Origin: Octopus vulgaris
Lineage: Eukaryota
DNA length: 64,000 bases
Direction of reading: 5' to 3'
Assembly: GCA_951406725.2 (NCBI GenBank)
Contig: OX597814.1
Span: 30,008,001-30,072,000, forward strand
Numbering within the stretch: the first letter of the stretch is position 1; every line of letters starts with the position of its first letter. This document shows positions 13,961 through 27,817 of the stretch, piece after piece. The translations under genes were made by a program, and so were the position numbers. The notes beneath the pieces were generated by a model. The model did no database searches and was not told the DNA's origin. It saw only the letters and a program-made list of their open reading frames with translations.

Positions 13961-15385
13961 TTACACCAACCCTTGATAAGGAACAGCTAGGAAGTTGGTC
14001 AGCAGAAAAAACAAAAGGGATTTCTGGTAGGGGAAGGAAAACAAAAGAATGTCAACAGTTAGTGTGAAACGAATCTGAGCGAACTAAACAGAAATAACTG
14101 GCGACTTAAGCCCTGATGTATGTAAAGTAATAAACCTTTGATAAATGTATTCGCGTTTCCACTAGTTTGTTGGTGTATAGCTTAATAAAGCTATACTGTC
14201 ATCTCATTTTTACTTGATGGCTATTTTTGGTGCTAACAGCATGGAATACTTAGTGTAAAAGTACTGTTGATTTTCACAGGCATGTATGGAAATTGAGAAC
14301 AGAAGTAAGCCAAATGTTGAACTTTGCAAGCCTTGTCTATTGATAGAGGACGTACCAAAGATGTGACCTAAAATGGGAACTTTAGCATACATCCTACTAA
14401 AAAGTTTTGTAATCACTTTAGCAGCTGCCTACATATGACTTTGGATTTTAGTTTGGCCCATAATCTATTGTATCAGACTCTGTCAAAAACATCTTTGATA
14501 GCTAGGGCTATGTGACATATTTTTTACTTTTGTCTTGGTAAATGTTCCTGGTTTGAGAAATGATAATGGGATCTACTACATTTTGGTTTGGTAAGAAGCC
14601 AAATTGCTTTCTAGAAATAAATTGGTTTTTAAGCAAGAAGCCTTGTTATTTTTTATTTATTGACTGCTGCTTCCATTACTTGATAATGATATTGGTTATT
14701 AGTTTGATGAATCAACTCTGAAATCTCTCCTGTGTATAAGTATCACAGAGGCAGTGTTCTATTGATTTGGAGTGTCACAAATAAAGGAGAGGTGAGATGA
14801 ATGATATGGAGGGTTAGCTAATTCTTTGTGGTATTTCTTCAAATCTTTAACTGGATTTTGATGATCAAAACTGGTGCCCACTTTCAGTAATGGTTTAGAA
14901 GATATACCATTATACCAGAAAATGCAATATTTTATCAGGAGATACGCCATTATATCTGATGATACAATATTACATCAAAACATATAGCACTATATCAGAA
15001 GATACAACACTGAATCAGAAGATCGCCTAATGTTTGGTGATTGATTATCCTCATATTATGTGTGATACACTTAGCAGATGATAATGGCTTTTGCCTTTGG
15101 CTGTTCAGCATGTAGTTACATTATGTTCAGTGATAAGAATATGGTTGAGAACTTGTTTTTCCAGAGACAGTATTTATGTTGCTTTGCTAATTCTTGCTGT
15201 TAATATTGTCATCAGATCTTTTCTCAGTTTTGCCTCTCCTCCCTTGACTCTGCTTGGTTCCAACAATTTTCTGATGTTCTTTTACTGCATTGCTCTTCTT
15301 CCATTAAAGTAAATGATCTTTCCTTCTGGAGACTTTTCTGTATTTGTTATAAAATCGTACTTTTCACCTGAATTCTTATGATTCT

Positions 15386-15702
15386 TTACCTTGAAGAATC
15401 TTTGGATTTTTTACCTTGAAGAATCTTTGGATTTTTTACCTTGAAGAATCTTAGGATTTTTTACCTTGAAGAATCTTAGGATTTTTTACCTTGAAGAATC
15501 TTAGGATTTTTTACCTTGAAGAATCTTAGGATTTTTTTACCTTGAAGAATCTTAGGATTTTTTTACCTTGAAGAATCTTAGGATTTTTTACCTTGAAGAA
15601 TCTTAGGATTTTTTACCGTGAAGAATCTTAGGATTTTTTACATTGAAGAATCTTAGGATTTTTTACCTTGAAGAATCTTAGGATTTTTTTACCTTGAAGA
15701 AT
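15386..15702. repeat. Young 25-26-bp minisatellite (ttaccttgaagaatcttaggatttt)n
   Basis: About 12.5 near-identical head-to-tail copies with no spacers. Confidence 0.95.
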
Positions 15703-16124
15703 TTATTTAAGGTGTTGATGCATGTCTTGTAAGTTTGCTCTTTTGTAGGACTAGTTTTAGCTGATATATTTGTCTTTCCTCTAACCTCATCCACATGGTA
15801 TTCTGTTTTTAATTCATTTCAGTTAATTTTAATTATGAGTTGTCTCCTCTGTCTTTCTTGGCTAGAATTAATTATTAAGATAATTGTTTTCTTTTTTCCT
15901 CATTAACGGAAATTTCTTGACTCACTACATTGTGTTAACATCCTATTTTCTCTTTTATGGCTATTTTACTATTTTCTCTTATATGGCTTGTCCTGGTATA
16001 CAGGAACATTCAGTTTTACCAGTACAGTGTTACAATCTGAGGTGCCCAGATGTGCTAGAGTTGTGGCAATTACAGGTAAATCTATCATCTATATCTCTAT
16101 ATATATGATATACATATATATATA

Positions 16125-16335
16125 TCTTTTACTCTCTTTTGCTTATTTCAGTCATTTGACTGCGGCCATGCTGGAGCACCGCCTTTAGTTGAGCAACTCG
16201 ACCCCAGGACTTATTCTTTGTAAGCCTAGTACTTATTCTATCGGTCTCTTTTTGCCGAAATGCTAAGTGACGGGGACATAAACACACCAGCATCAGTTGT
16301 CAAGCAATGCTAGGGGGACAAACACAGACACACAA

Positions 16336-16366
<31 letters not shown>

Positions 16367-16538
16367 CATATATATGACAGGCTTCTTTCAATTTCCGTCT
16401 ACCAAATCCACTCACAAGGCATTGGTCGGCCTGGGGCTATAGCAGAAGACACTTACCCAAGATGCCACACAGTGGGACTGAACCTGGAACCATGTGGTTG
16501 GTTAGCAAGCTACTTACCACACAGCCACTCCTGCGCCT
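16125..16538 (-). mobile_element. Young ~400-bp tRNA-derived CORE-like SINE with internal (TA)/(TG) microsatellite
   Basis: Reverse complement of the 56921-57322 copy. Confidence 0.88.
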
Positions 16539-17361
16539 ATATATATATATATATATATATATAGGAATATGTGTGCATACATATGTGTATGTATGTGTAA
16601 GTATCTGTTCATGTGCCTGTATGCATATATGCCTATATTTGTCTATATGTGTGTATGGCTAGTTAGTTAGAAGTTTGCTTTAAAACCAAGGAGTTCAGGG
16701 TTTGATTCTACTGCATAGCGTTTGGGACAAATGCCTTTTACTGTTGCCTCAGATCAGATTGGAGTGAGGATAAGAGTAGGAGCCAGTGTGCTTGTAGTAG
16801 ATGTAAGTGGATAGCTGAAACTATTGGTAGTGATGGTGATATCTAAGGAACTGATGAAGATGTTAGATATGATAGAAATGAAGTCTAGATCAATGTGAAG
16901 CAAATTGGTTTAAGAACTGAGGCTATTGTGTCTTCTAATGAATGTAGTGGCATCAAGGCATTCATCAATATAGAAACATTAACTCCCTTGTGTATGAATA
17001 ACTAACACCTTTAAATTGATAGTATGATTTCACACAGATATGTGAAATGACATTAAGCTATTTAGTAGCCTTTCTCAGTTACCCTGTATTTTGAGTTCAT
17101 TGAGGAGCATGGATATCCTCTCAAGTATCTATGTGAGTTTATAGAACATAGTTGATGATCTAATTACTAATATATAAATATAAATACATTAGACTATAAC
17201 ACCTCTGCAAATGTGTATCATATGCTTTAATGTTTTCAATGCTCATAAATATAAACATTAATGTATTGGTAATTATTACTTGAAATATGTTCCATAGGTT
17301 ATGTGTGAGTGCGTGTGTGTGTGCATGTGTGTATGTGCATGCGTTTGTGTGTGAGTGTGTA

Positions 17362-17398
<37 letters not shown>

Positions 17399-18029
17399 GT
17401 GTGTGAATGTTAGTTTTTATGTAAATACATGATTATAACAATTTTACATTAAACTGAAGGAGTGCATAACAAGAATAGTGTTGTTAGTGACTTTCAAGTT
17501 TCAGCTGTGTGTGTGTGTGTACACTTGCACACACATACACATCATGTACTAAATATCTTCAAATCTTGATTTTTATCAAATGACTATAGACCTCAAAACA
17601 TGTTATAGAGTACATAATTTATTTTAACTAAATTTCCTTCCTATTGCTCAAAATGTAGCATGTGCCTGATGATACATAAGAAAGAAATTCATTTTAAATA
17701 AACCATATAAGTGTGAGTATGTATTGTATCTATGTATTTACAAAAGTATGCGTGCAGTGTCATGTGTATATGACAGCTGTAATAATGTTACCATCCCATT
17801 GCCACCGCTGTTCTTGCCTTCACTGATATAAGTCACCCTCTCTCTGCTACTACCTTTCCCTCAGACTAATACTTATTGCAACCTTCTTGTTTTATCACAT
17901 AATTCACCCAATGGGAGCGCATTATAGATTTTTATTGAAATCCAATTAGCCTGTTATTGAACTGGATGTTAGTGTAACATGTATGTAAAGTTTTTTGAAT
18001 ATTGGTTTGCTGGTTTAGGCACTAAGATG

Positions 18030-18175
18030 GTAACAGACAGACAGAAATTGCCATTTATATATAGACAGACAGACAGACAGAAATTGTCAATTATATATAG
18101 ACAGACAGACAGAAATTGCCATTTATATATAGATAGACAGACATACAGACAGACAGATAGAAATTGCCATTCATG
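18030..18175. repeat. Compound tandem repeat (agac)n-aaattgccatttatatat
   Basis: Four units read directly, lying inside an older SINE. Confidence 0.75.
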
Positions 18176-19419
18176 TATATAGATATGTATATGTGTGTGC
18201 ATGTGTGTTATTGTCTCATGCCTTGACATTGCATGTTAGTTGTAAATGAGTGTCACTGTCATGCAAATGGTATCCTTTGATTCCCGTGAAAATATGTCTG
18301 GTCATGGGGAAATATTACCTTACTTGAAAACAAGTGAGGGTTGGTAACAGGAGAAGTATCTGGCTACAGAAAATTCACTTCAACCCATGCAAGCATGAAA
18401 AAGTAGATCTCGAAACAATGACGATGATGATTATAATGATGATGATTATTATCATTATGTATATATTTCTGTTCCTCACTTTCTTATATTTATAACAGTA
18501 TAGACTTCTGACATAGAAGTTAATGTAATTTCAAAATCAATTCTTCAAAATCTGTTATCTTTTCTTTGTATGAATAAATTGTCGAATCCTGCATTAACAA
18601 ATATGTATCTTTTTCATGAATTTTGACTATAGTTCTAACTTCTTTTCTACCAGTAAGGAACCAATGCTTTGAACAGTCTGTGTAGTAATTATCAAAATCA
18701 ATGTTACTCATCATCCTTACCACTTCACAACATTTCCACCTGTCCTTTAACAGAGATATTTGCTTTTTAAATGAACATTTTTTTTTCACATGTATATAAT
18801 TACAAAGCAGTGGGAAAGCATTCAATATATCTAAGAAATTTTCTGATATTTAATATCCCTAAACTTCCATCACTTAATATATCAAAGAATCTATACTACT
18901 TCTTGACAAAAAAAATTCATGTATTTTTTTTTATTTAATAGTCACTCACATATATAATGCTTATTTTTCCTCAAACAAATCATCGATGTTTATTTTACAT
19001 ATTGCTCTTCACTTCCATTCCATATCTTTATGCTAACGATTGTTTCTAATTTGTATTTAGTGCTTAACTGCAGCTCTCTATCAAAGACAGTTTTATAAAT
19101 TCACTATTAAAAAAAAAGAACCAGCCATTTGAAGTTATCTCTTTATACAACATCACTTTCATCTTTATTTCAGTTACAATAAACAATATATTTTATAGTT
19201 TTAGATTGTTCTTTATATACTGTTAGACACTGCATTGCTTCTCCCTTCTTATCAATGGCCTAAATTGATAAGAATATATATGTGTGTGTGTGTATATATA
19301 TTTATATATATATATGCACACACACATACCATCATCATCGTTTAACGTCTGCCTTCCATGCTGGCATGGGTTATATTTTATATATATATATATATAAATA
19401 CACACACATATAAATATAT

Positions 19420-19469
<50 letters not shown>

Positions 19470-20449
19470 TATATATATTTTCATGGTTTTCTCAGTTAGA
19501 GGGTTCAACAAAGTTGAATATCTGCATGATTTTGTAGAGCATGAGCTTTAAAAATTGCCGACCTTCATTCTAATTATCCAACTATGAAGTGGGAGTACTT
19601 CTACTAACATTACTTAAAAAATAAAAAAAGACGAAGAAGTGAAGAGGTACACAATACCAAAGGCAAGAGTTCAACTAATAATGAGTTTTCAGACAATAGA
19701 ATAGATGTCTCATCACCCCGAACCCCTGCTGTTTAAATCATCTTTATGGAGAATAGAAATGTTAGCAATTGTTATTTTATGAAATATCAATGCAAGCATT
19801 GGTATTTATTTCTTTATTTACATATCATAAATGTTTTCAGGGACAGCATCTTTTTCAGATATTGTAAACTAATCATTTTATCATAGAGAAGGGGGAATAC
19901 ATTAACACATAACTTGCTTATGATTATCTGCAGCGATTGAATATATAACTTCTCCATAATTTTAGTTCTTCTCCTCTATATAATAGGCTTGACTTCATTT
20001 TCTCATACAACAAAGGTGGTGGATAGTAGAAATGGTAAATCACCAGACAATATGCTATATGGTATTACACCCCTTCGCAGTTTAAATCTCACTGAGTTTG
20101 GCTTTGCTTTTCATCTTTTTTGGGATCAATAAAATTATGCCCATCAAGTACTGTGGTTGATTTATTCATTTATACCTATTCTCCAAAATTTTTGACCATA
20201 TACCTTACCTATGCTACAAATCAGAATTTTATCTTGTTGTTGCTGTTATTGTTGTTTAGTTCTTGTGGATCTTGGTCAATATCTCTATGATCAAAGGGAT
20301 TCTAATTGGGACCACCTTATATTTCCTGGTATATAGTATTTACGGGTCCATATCCAATGTATCCTCTTTTCTTAACATAGGATGTGAGTCCAGGTAAATT
20401 TGGATGCTATTTTTAGCATATTGAGTACTTCAGTTGTTTGTGAGGATCA

Positions 20450-20910
20450 GCATTCTGAGATGAGTTTTTCACCACTTCATCCCATAGCTTCTTCATTTTC
20501 CTTCTTCTGCAAGCTTCTTTCACTTCGATTGTTTGGTACTTCTTCACCCACCTTACCATCCGTCATACACATTGGTTTCTCCATGCCAGTGTGGTCTTCT
20601 TTCTTACACATCACTGCCGATTTCTCTGACACCAATTTTTTTCTCACAACTTATCTGTGTTCCATAATTCATGCAAGCTGATATTAAACATGCACCACAG
20701 CACATACATCTCATTCGTTTCCAACCTTTGCACATTCTCTATATTCAGCATCCATCGCCTTCTACTAAGCAACATCACACTTCATACAAAAGTGTCTTAT
20801 AGTTTAGCTGTTCACTTGGAAACAGAAACCCTTTGTTGTGAACAGAAGTAATAGCTCCTTAAACTTCTTTCACCCTGTCCTTACCCTGGCCACCATGCCT
20901 TTACTGTTGC
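20450..20910 (-). mobile_element. Decayed RTE-clade LINE ORF fragment
   Basis: Minus strand reads ARVRTG*KKFKELLLLFTTKG, resembling the RTE post-RT ARxRxGWxKFRELLPLL region. Confidence 0.6.
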
Positions 20911-23900
20911 TGTATAGGCACCATAGGAGTGATTAACTACTTCTACTGAATATTGTAAATATTTGAAAGATGTCATTTTGTGTTTACTGATTCACCAGTG
21001 AGCTATGTCTTTCCTTTGTCTCTTCAACTATTCTCACCTCACCAATGAATATACTTTGTATCATTCATTACTACGTGCGTCATCATCCACTGAGTGTTTT
21101 TGTATCATATGTATGCTTCTATATGCGAATATATGTATCTATGAATGTATGTATGCATGCATGCTTATATGTATGTACATATCAATTGTTAGGATTTTTA
21201 TACAAATCAATATTAACTACTGTGCAAACATAGGGCAAAAGGAAAAGTGTGGTTAATATCTGACAGGAGTTGATCCATGCATTGCTTGCTGATTGATCAA
21301 TTATACTAATCATTATTGCACTGTTATATTGCTTATATACTGGATGCTTGTAGCATCATGAACATACCTTATGAGTCATATTGAAAGTACCAGGTAACTC
21401 AGCTTCATAGATTATGTCACATGTCATGCACAATGCGATGTCCCATCAAGAGAACAGAGGTTGTGCAAGCATGAAACTGTTATTAAATATTTCTGAAGAT
21501 TCATTGTTTAATATATCAAACAGTTTATATTGTCTCTTAAAAACAAATTTTTTAATAGTCCCATATATTATTTAGTGTTCCTACCTCATATATCATTTGG
21601 TGTTCATATATTTTTTAGTGTTCCTTTGATTTTTAATTTAATCGTGCCAGTGGCACATAAAAATCACCATTTGAGCATGATTGTTTCCTGCGTTGCCTTA
21701 CTGGCACTTGTGCTGGTGGCACATGAAAAAACATTTGAGCAAGGTCGTTGCCAGTGCTACTGGACTGGCTCCTGTGCAGGTGGCACATAAAAAGCACCAT
21801 TTGAACATGGCCATTGCCAGTACCACCTGACTGGCCCTCATGCCGGTGGCACGTAAAAGCACCCACTACACTCTCGGAGTGGTTGGTGTCAGGAAGGGCA
21901 TCCAGCTGTAGAAACTCTGCCAGATCAGATTGGAGTTTGGTGCAGCCATCTGGTTTGCCAGTCTTCAGTCAAATCGTCCAACCCATGCTAGCATGGAAAG
22001 TGGATATTAAACGATGATGATGATATTCTCTCATTCCCTATTTTTGTGTTGTACTTTGCTCCTAATTAGCTCCATTCCAATTCCCTATGTATGAAATGAG
22101 ACTCACACACAGAGGATCAGGAGTTAATTTGTATAATAATCCTTTCTGCTATAGGCCCAAAGCCTGAAATTTTGGGGAAAGGGGCCACTCTATTACATCA
22201 ACCCCAGTGTTCAGCTGATGCTTAATTTATTGACCCTAAAAAGATGAAAGGCAAAGTCAGCCTCAGCAGAATTTGAACTCAAAATGTAAAAACAAATAAA
22301 AGGCTGCTAAGTACTTTGTCTAGTGCAGTAATGATTCCGCCAGCTCACCACCTTATTAAATTGTGTAATAATCCTTTCTACTATAGGCACAAGGCCTGAA
22401 ATTTTGTGGGAAGGTGGCTAGTCAATTACATCGACCCCAGTGCTTAACTTATACCTGTTTTGTTGACCATGAAAGGAAGAAAGGCAAAGTTGACCTCAGC
22501 AGAATTTGAACTCAGAATATAAAGACACACAAAATGCCAGTGAGCATTTTGCCTGGCTTGCTAATGATTCTGCCAGCTTGTTGCCTTATTAAATTGTATA
22601 ATAATGATAACAATAATTCATTTAAAAACATAGGATCTTTTTTTTTTTTTTTTTTTTTGCAATACTGAAAAATCAATTTCTTTGGGCCAGTATGCAGTGA
22701 GAAAGATGACTGGAAACTAGTTGAACAGGTGATATTGGATATATATATAATTTGTAATGTAGAATTAAATTAAGACGCTTAAAAGAACATAGACCAACTC
22801 AAAGAAAACAAGAATTGTCTGCAGTAATTATTACAATACTAGTGTGAATACTCAAAATTTTTCTCATACAAGCAACAAGGAATAGGTGAAAAACAATGCC
22901 GATAAATTGTATGAATTTATTGATGATAGATATCAACTGGTTATTAAATTGCAGAAATTCCAACCTGGTAAAAATTTAATAAAACTGGGTAATTTTTGTA
23001 ATACAAAATACGTTAAACTTTTGCGGATTGGTACATTATTTTTTTATTCTTTTTCTTGCTTCACTCATTGAACTGCAGCCTTGCTGGGCCACTGTCATGA
23101 AAAGTTTAGTTTGATTAATTGATTTCAGTACTTCTTTTTAAGTCTAGTTCTAGTTCTGTCAGTCTCTTTTTACCAAACCATTATATTTGGGGGAAGTAAA
23201 CAAACTTATGATGGGTGTCAAACTGTGCAAGACTAACATACACACGCATTGGCGCATGTGCGTGCGCGCGCACACACACTCACACACACACACACACAGA
23301 GTTTCCGTCTGTCAAATTTGCTCTCAAGACAGTGACCAACACTTGTCCAATGTACCATGTAGTGGGACTGAATCTGGAAACACAGTTGTGAGTCACAAGT
23401 CTCAGTTACACAGCAACATTTCCAGTTTACTTAAACATATTACTTCAGATTTTGAAATGATATTCACAGTGTTTATTCCATTAGCGTTGTAAGTAAATTT
23501 AAAAGACTCTGAGAAGGAATTAAAACAGGTTGTGGCTGTGGCTTCTTGAACTTCAATATTTTATTTTTGTGTATAATGTCACTAACTGTGTATTGTATAG
23601 CTTTGTGGTTAAGGAGTTTATTTTGCTACTACCTTGTTTGAGGATTCATTCTACTCTGTGATGCCTTGAGAAAGTATCTTTTAGTATAGCCTTGGTTTAT
23701 TCAATATCTTTTGAGTGGAATTTGTTTTAGGAACCATGTGGCAGCCAGCCATGTGTGTGAACAAGTGTATTTGTGTGTGTATACATGTATGTGCATACCT
23801 GTGTGCGTACATGTTTAGGTTGGTCCTCATTACTCTGTAAGTAACATAAAGTCAGTTTTCCAGTTTCTCTGGTGTATTATTTCTTCCTGGATGAGATGCT

Positions 23901-24707
23901 AGTCCTTGGCAGGATTATTCATTTTTACCTGCCGAGTGGACTGGAGCAATATGAAATTAATTGTTTTGCTGGAGAACACAGTTCATCACCTGGTCCAGGA
24001 ATCAAAACCACAATCTTACAATCATGAGTCCAACATCCTAACCATTATTAAGCCATGTACCTCTGTACATGTGTGTGTGTGTGTGTGTGTATGTGTAAGT
24101 AAATACACACACACGCACACACATTATTATTATTATTGCTGCTAAGGCAGTGAGCTGGCAGAATTGTTAACACGCCGGGCGAAATGCTAAGCAGTATTTC
24201 ATCTGTGGCTATGTTCTGAGTTCAAATTCTGCCGAGGTCAACTTTGTCTTTCATCTTTTTGAGGCTGATACATTAAGTACCAGTGAAACACAGGGGTCAA
24301 TGTAATTGACTTGTCCCTTCCCCCAAAACCTCAGGCCTTGTGCCTATAATAGAAAGGATTATTATTATTATTATTATTATTGCTGAATCATTACCATACC
24401 AGACAGAATGCTAAACAGCATTTCGTCTGTCCTTTGGATTGTGAGTTCAAATTCTGTCAAGGTCAACTATGCCTTTCATTATTTTAGGGGTTATTAAAAT
24501 AAATACCAGTTAAATACTTAGGGTTGATGTAATTGACTAGCTCTTTCCTACAAAATTTCTAGTCTTGTGCCTATAGCTGGAAGGATTGTTTTTATTGTTG
24601 ATGCTGCCTGGCATTTACTCCTGGCACACGTTATTCTCATAAAAGCCAATGTCCCGATTGGGTTTCATACAAGGTGTATGTATTTTCAGACAACTATACA
24701 CACACAG

Positions 24708-25050
24708 TGTGAAGGCGCATGGCTCAGTGGTTAGAGCGTCGAGTTTACGATCGTGAGGTTGTGAGCTCGAATCCCGGAGCGGGCTGCGTGTTGTGTTCTT
24801 GAGCAAGACACTTTATTTCACGTTGCTCCAGTTCACTCAGCTGTAGAAATGAGTTGCGACGTCACGGGTGCCAAGCTGTATCGGCCTTTGCCTTTCCCTT
24901 GGATAACACTGGTGGCGTGGAGAGGGGAGGCCGGTATGCATGGGCGACTGCTGGTCTTCCATAAAACCACCTTGCCCAGACTTGTGACTAGGAGGGTAAC
25001 TTTCTAGGTGCAATCGCATGGTCAGTGTTGTGACTGAAGGGGGTCCCAGA
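24708..25050 (+). mobile_element. Young tRNA-derived SINE with intact Pol III boxes
   Basis: A box TGGCTCAGTGG, B box GCTCGAATCC, core ttcttgagcaagacacttt. Many CpGs retained. Not a full cloverleaf tRNA. Confidence 0.85.
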
Positions 25051-25393
25051 TAGACACACACATACATATATATATATATCAATGGAAAAAAAGATATGTG
25101 TATTTGCATTGGCACCCCTTCGCATCGAAGACCGGTGATTGTCGTGTGCTGACGACAGGTAAATACCCAGAAACCCGGGTCTGTGCATATCACATCAGGT
25201 CAATGATGGGAAGGATGGCTTCCCTTTGCAAATACTGATGGAGCACAGAAAGTGTGTCAATAGCCATCTGGAGAAGATGTTCGCCTGGGGCTACAAGCTA
25301 CAGTAGCATCCACCCTTAGTGGTTAGCCACATTTAAGTGGCAAATATACTTTACATTGTCGTGCAGCTACTGTTTATACCTCGTTCAGAGATT

Positions 25394-25424
<31 letters not shown>

Positions 25425-27251
25425 ATCCAAGGTAACAGGTGGAGGCCTGCAACACAGACCACCACCAGTCTCCTCAGATTGTTTTTCCTCTATCTGTCAC
25501 TTTATGTATGTATATGTATATATGGGTGTGTGTATATGTATACACATACATGCATATATGCAGACAGAGAGAGAGAGAGAAAAGGTGAGAAAGTGACCAG
25601 CATAAAAATGGGGCTTTACAGACTAAGACTCTTGCATTGCGCTAAACATTCCTTGTCACTCTTTCCATCAGAAATGTAATGAAGCAGTGATTGACCAGCT
25701 GAAAGCTTATAACCAATGATGCTATTGTTTCAAAAGTCTACCTCAAGAATAATGGAGAAAATGTATAAGGTCGATTTATTTCTGCATTAAATATAAATGT
25801 AACGTTTTGATATTTCAGAGGGATGTGTTTTTTTTTTATGAATGTTGGAAGGAAAATTACCCATTAAATTATGTTCATAATCTCCTTTTATCAAGTTTTC
25901 ATTATAAAAAGAAATTATTTCTATAACTTTTTCTCTTCTTTATATTTTGTAATTAAAAAAAAAAATCTTTTTCAGTTTAAAATTTTAAAAAATCTATTAT
26001 TGGGAACAAAAGAACCTTATAAGAATTCTAATGATATAATAGTAGACTTTTCTTTGATCTATATAACCATAAAAAATGAAAATCAATATTTTATTGTTAT
26101 TTAATTTTCTTAGATTCAGAAAATGTTAATGTTTCTCATAGAAAAAATTATATTCAAATAATATTATCCATTCCCTTCCTTACTAGAAACCTTCAACCAT
26201 TTCTACTACCGTATTTTCAAAGAAGATTCAACTATATTATACACTCTTCAGGAGTTCCCATACTTACCATTCTGTCGAATCCTTTCCATCTAGAACATTG
26301 TCCCCACCCCCTCACCCCATCTGTCTGCTTTCTGGAATTTACTCCTGGCACATGGTTTTCTTGCAGCTGTCAACATGTGTAGAGTCGATGAATATGGCAT
26401 AGTTGTGTAGTTAACAAGCTCACTTTGCAGTCATGTAGTTTCAGGTTCAATTCCACTACTTGGCACCTTGGGCAAGCGTCTTCGACTATCGCCTCAGGCT
26501 GCTGACCAATGCCTTGTGTATTAATATGGCGAATTGAAACTGTGTGGAAACCATTCATGTGTGTGTGTGCATATGCGATAGTCCCCACCTTCACCACTTG
26601 ATAACTGGTGCTGGTTTGTTTACATTCCTGTAACTTAGTGGTTCACTGATTAGAATAAGTACCAGATGTAAAACAATATGTACTGGGGTCAGTTTGATTG
26701 ACTAAAACTTTCAAAGTATTGCCCCAGCATGTTAGCAGTCCAGTGACTGATATGGGTAAAAGATGAAAAGGTATAATATATTTTGTTATTCTGTTAAAGA
26801 GAAATTTGATTATTCTCATAAATGGAAAGTGAAACATATTGTATTTTCAACACCATATTTATTAGGTCCATTATTATTATACACACATTCAATGGATGTA
26901 ACAACAGCTGTTATTATTTTAGATCATTTTACCTATTTAAGTAATTTTGCATATTTTTAAAAAACTTTTTGATACCAGTACACCTGAGACTACCCTTGGC
27001 TCTACAATACAAACTTCTTGTTTTAATGCAATCTTGATTAAAACATGATTTGATATCAGTTTATGTTCTAAATTCCAGCTTAATATGATGCAGTTATTTT
27101 ACTAAAATTTTTTATCATTTTCAAAATTAATTGAATAGAAGGGAGAGTATTTCATCAGAAATATGGTAACAAAATGGTTACTGTCTTGTAAAGGTGATAA
27201 GAACAAGTTCTAATATTCTAATTTTCTTCTTTATGAAGTAAAAATAATATA

Positions 27252-27817
27252 TTGGGTTGTCTGGAAAGTTCATGCCGATTTATAGTAGCTTACCTTTCGA
27301 CTTATTTTAGAACCTGGTTGAGTCCATAAAATAGGATTTGACTACATCTCCATTTAGAGCACAGTTTAAGCTATCTTTTCGTGGAAGAAGGTTTATGTTC
27401 CTATAACCTGTGTTAATTCTGTAACCCTTTAAAATGGAAGATAAGAAAGTTCATTTTGGGCACTTGATGCTTTGAGATTCAGGCAAAAATTGCTGCAGCT
27501 CGGCTGGGATGTGTTACCCCACCCTCCATATTCCCCAGATATTGCTCCTTTGGATTTCCACTTATTCAGGTCTCTGCATAATAGTCTTAATGGTAAAAAT
27601 TTCATTTCCTTGGATGATGTAAAAAGATACCTTGATGAATTCTTTGCCATGAAACCACCTCAATTCTGGGAAGAGGGTATTTTCAAGTTAAGGGAAAGAT
27701 GGAGACTCATTGTTCAACAAAATGGTTCATATTTGGTTGATTAAAAATGTAATGGCAAGTATTTATTGACCTTTTTCTTTCCTTAAAAAATTGGCACAAA
27801 CTTTCTGGACAACCCAA
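27252..27817 (+). mobile_element. Internally deleted mariner (DD34D) element
   Basis: TA-flanked ~30-bp TIRs (TTGGGTTGTCTGGAAAGTT... / ...AACTTTCTGGACAACCCAA). Transposase start MEDKKVHF at 27434 is joined to the C-terminus LPHPPYSPDIAPLDFHLFRSL. Confidence 0.93.

Noticed and set aside
14200-14960. Possible RT-like remnant on the minus strand (QFGF, VTSL)
   Set aside because: Motifs are too short and degraded to assign without a search.
15386-15702. CRISPR-like array of 25-bp semi-palindromic repeats
   Set aside because: No unique spacers, no cas genes and a eukaryotic context. It is a plain minisatellite.
24708-24790. tRNA gene
   Set aside because: A and B boxes are present but there is no acceptor stem, and the sequence continues into a SINE core shared with other copies.
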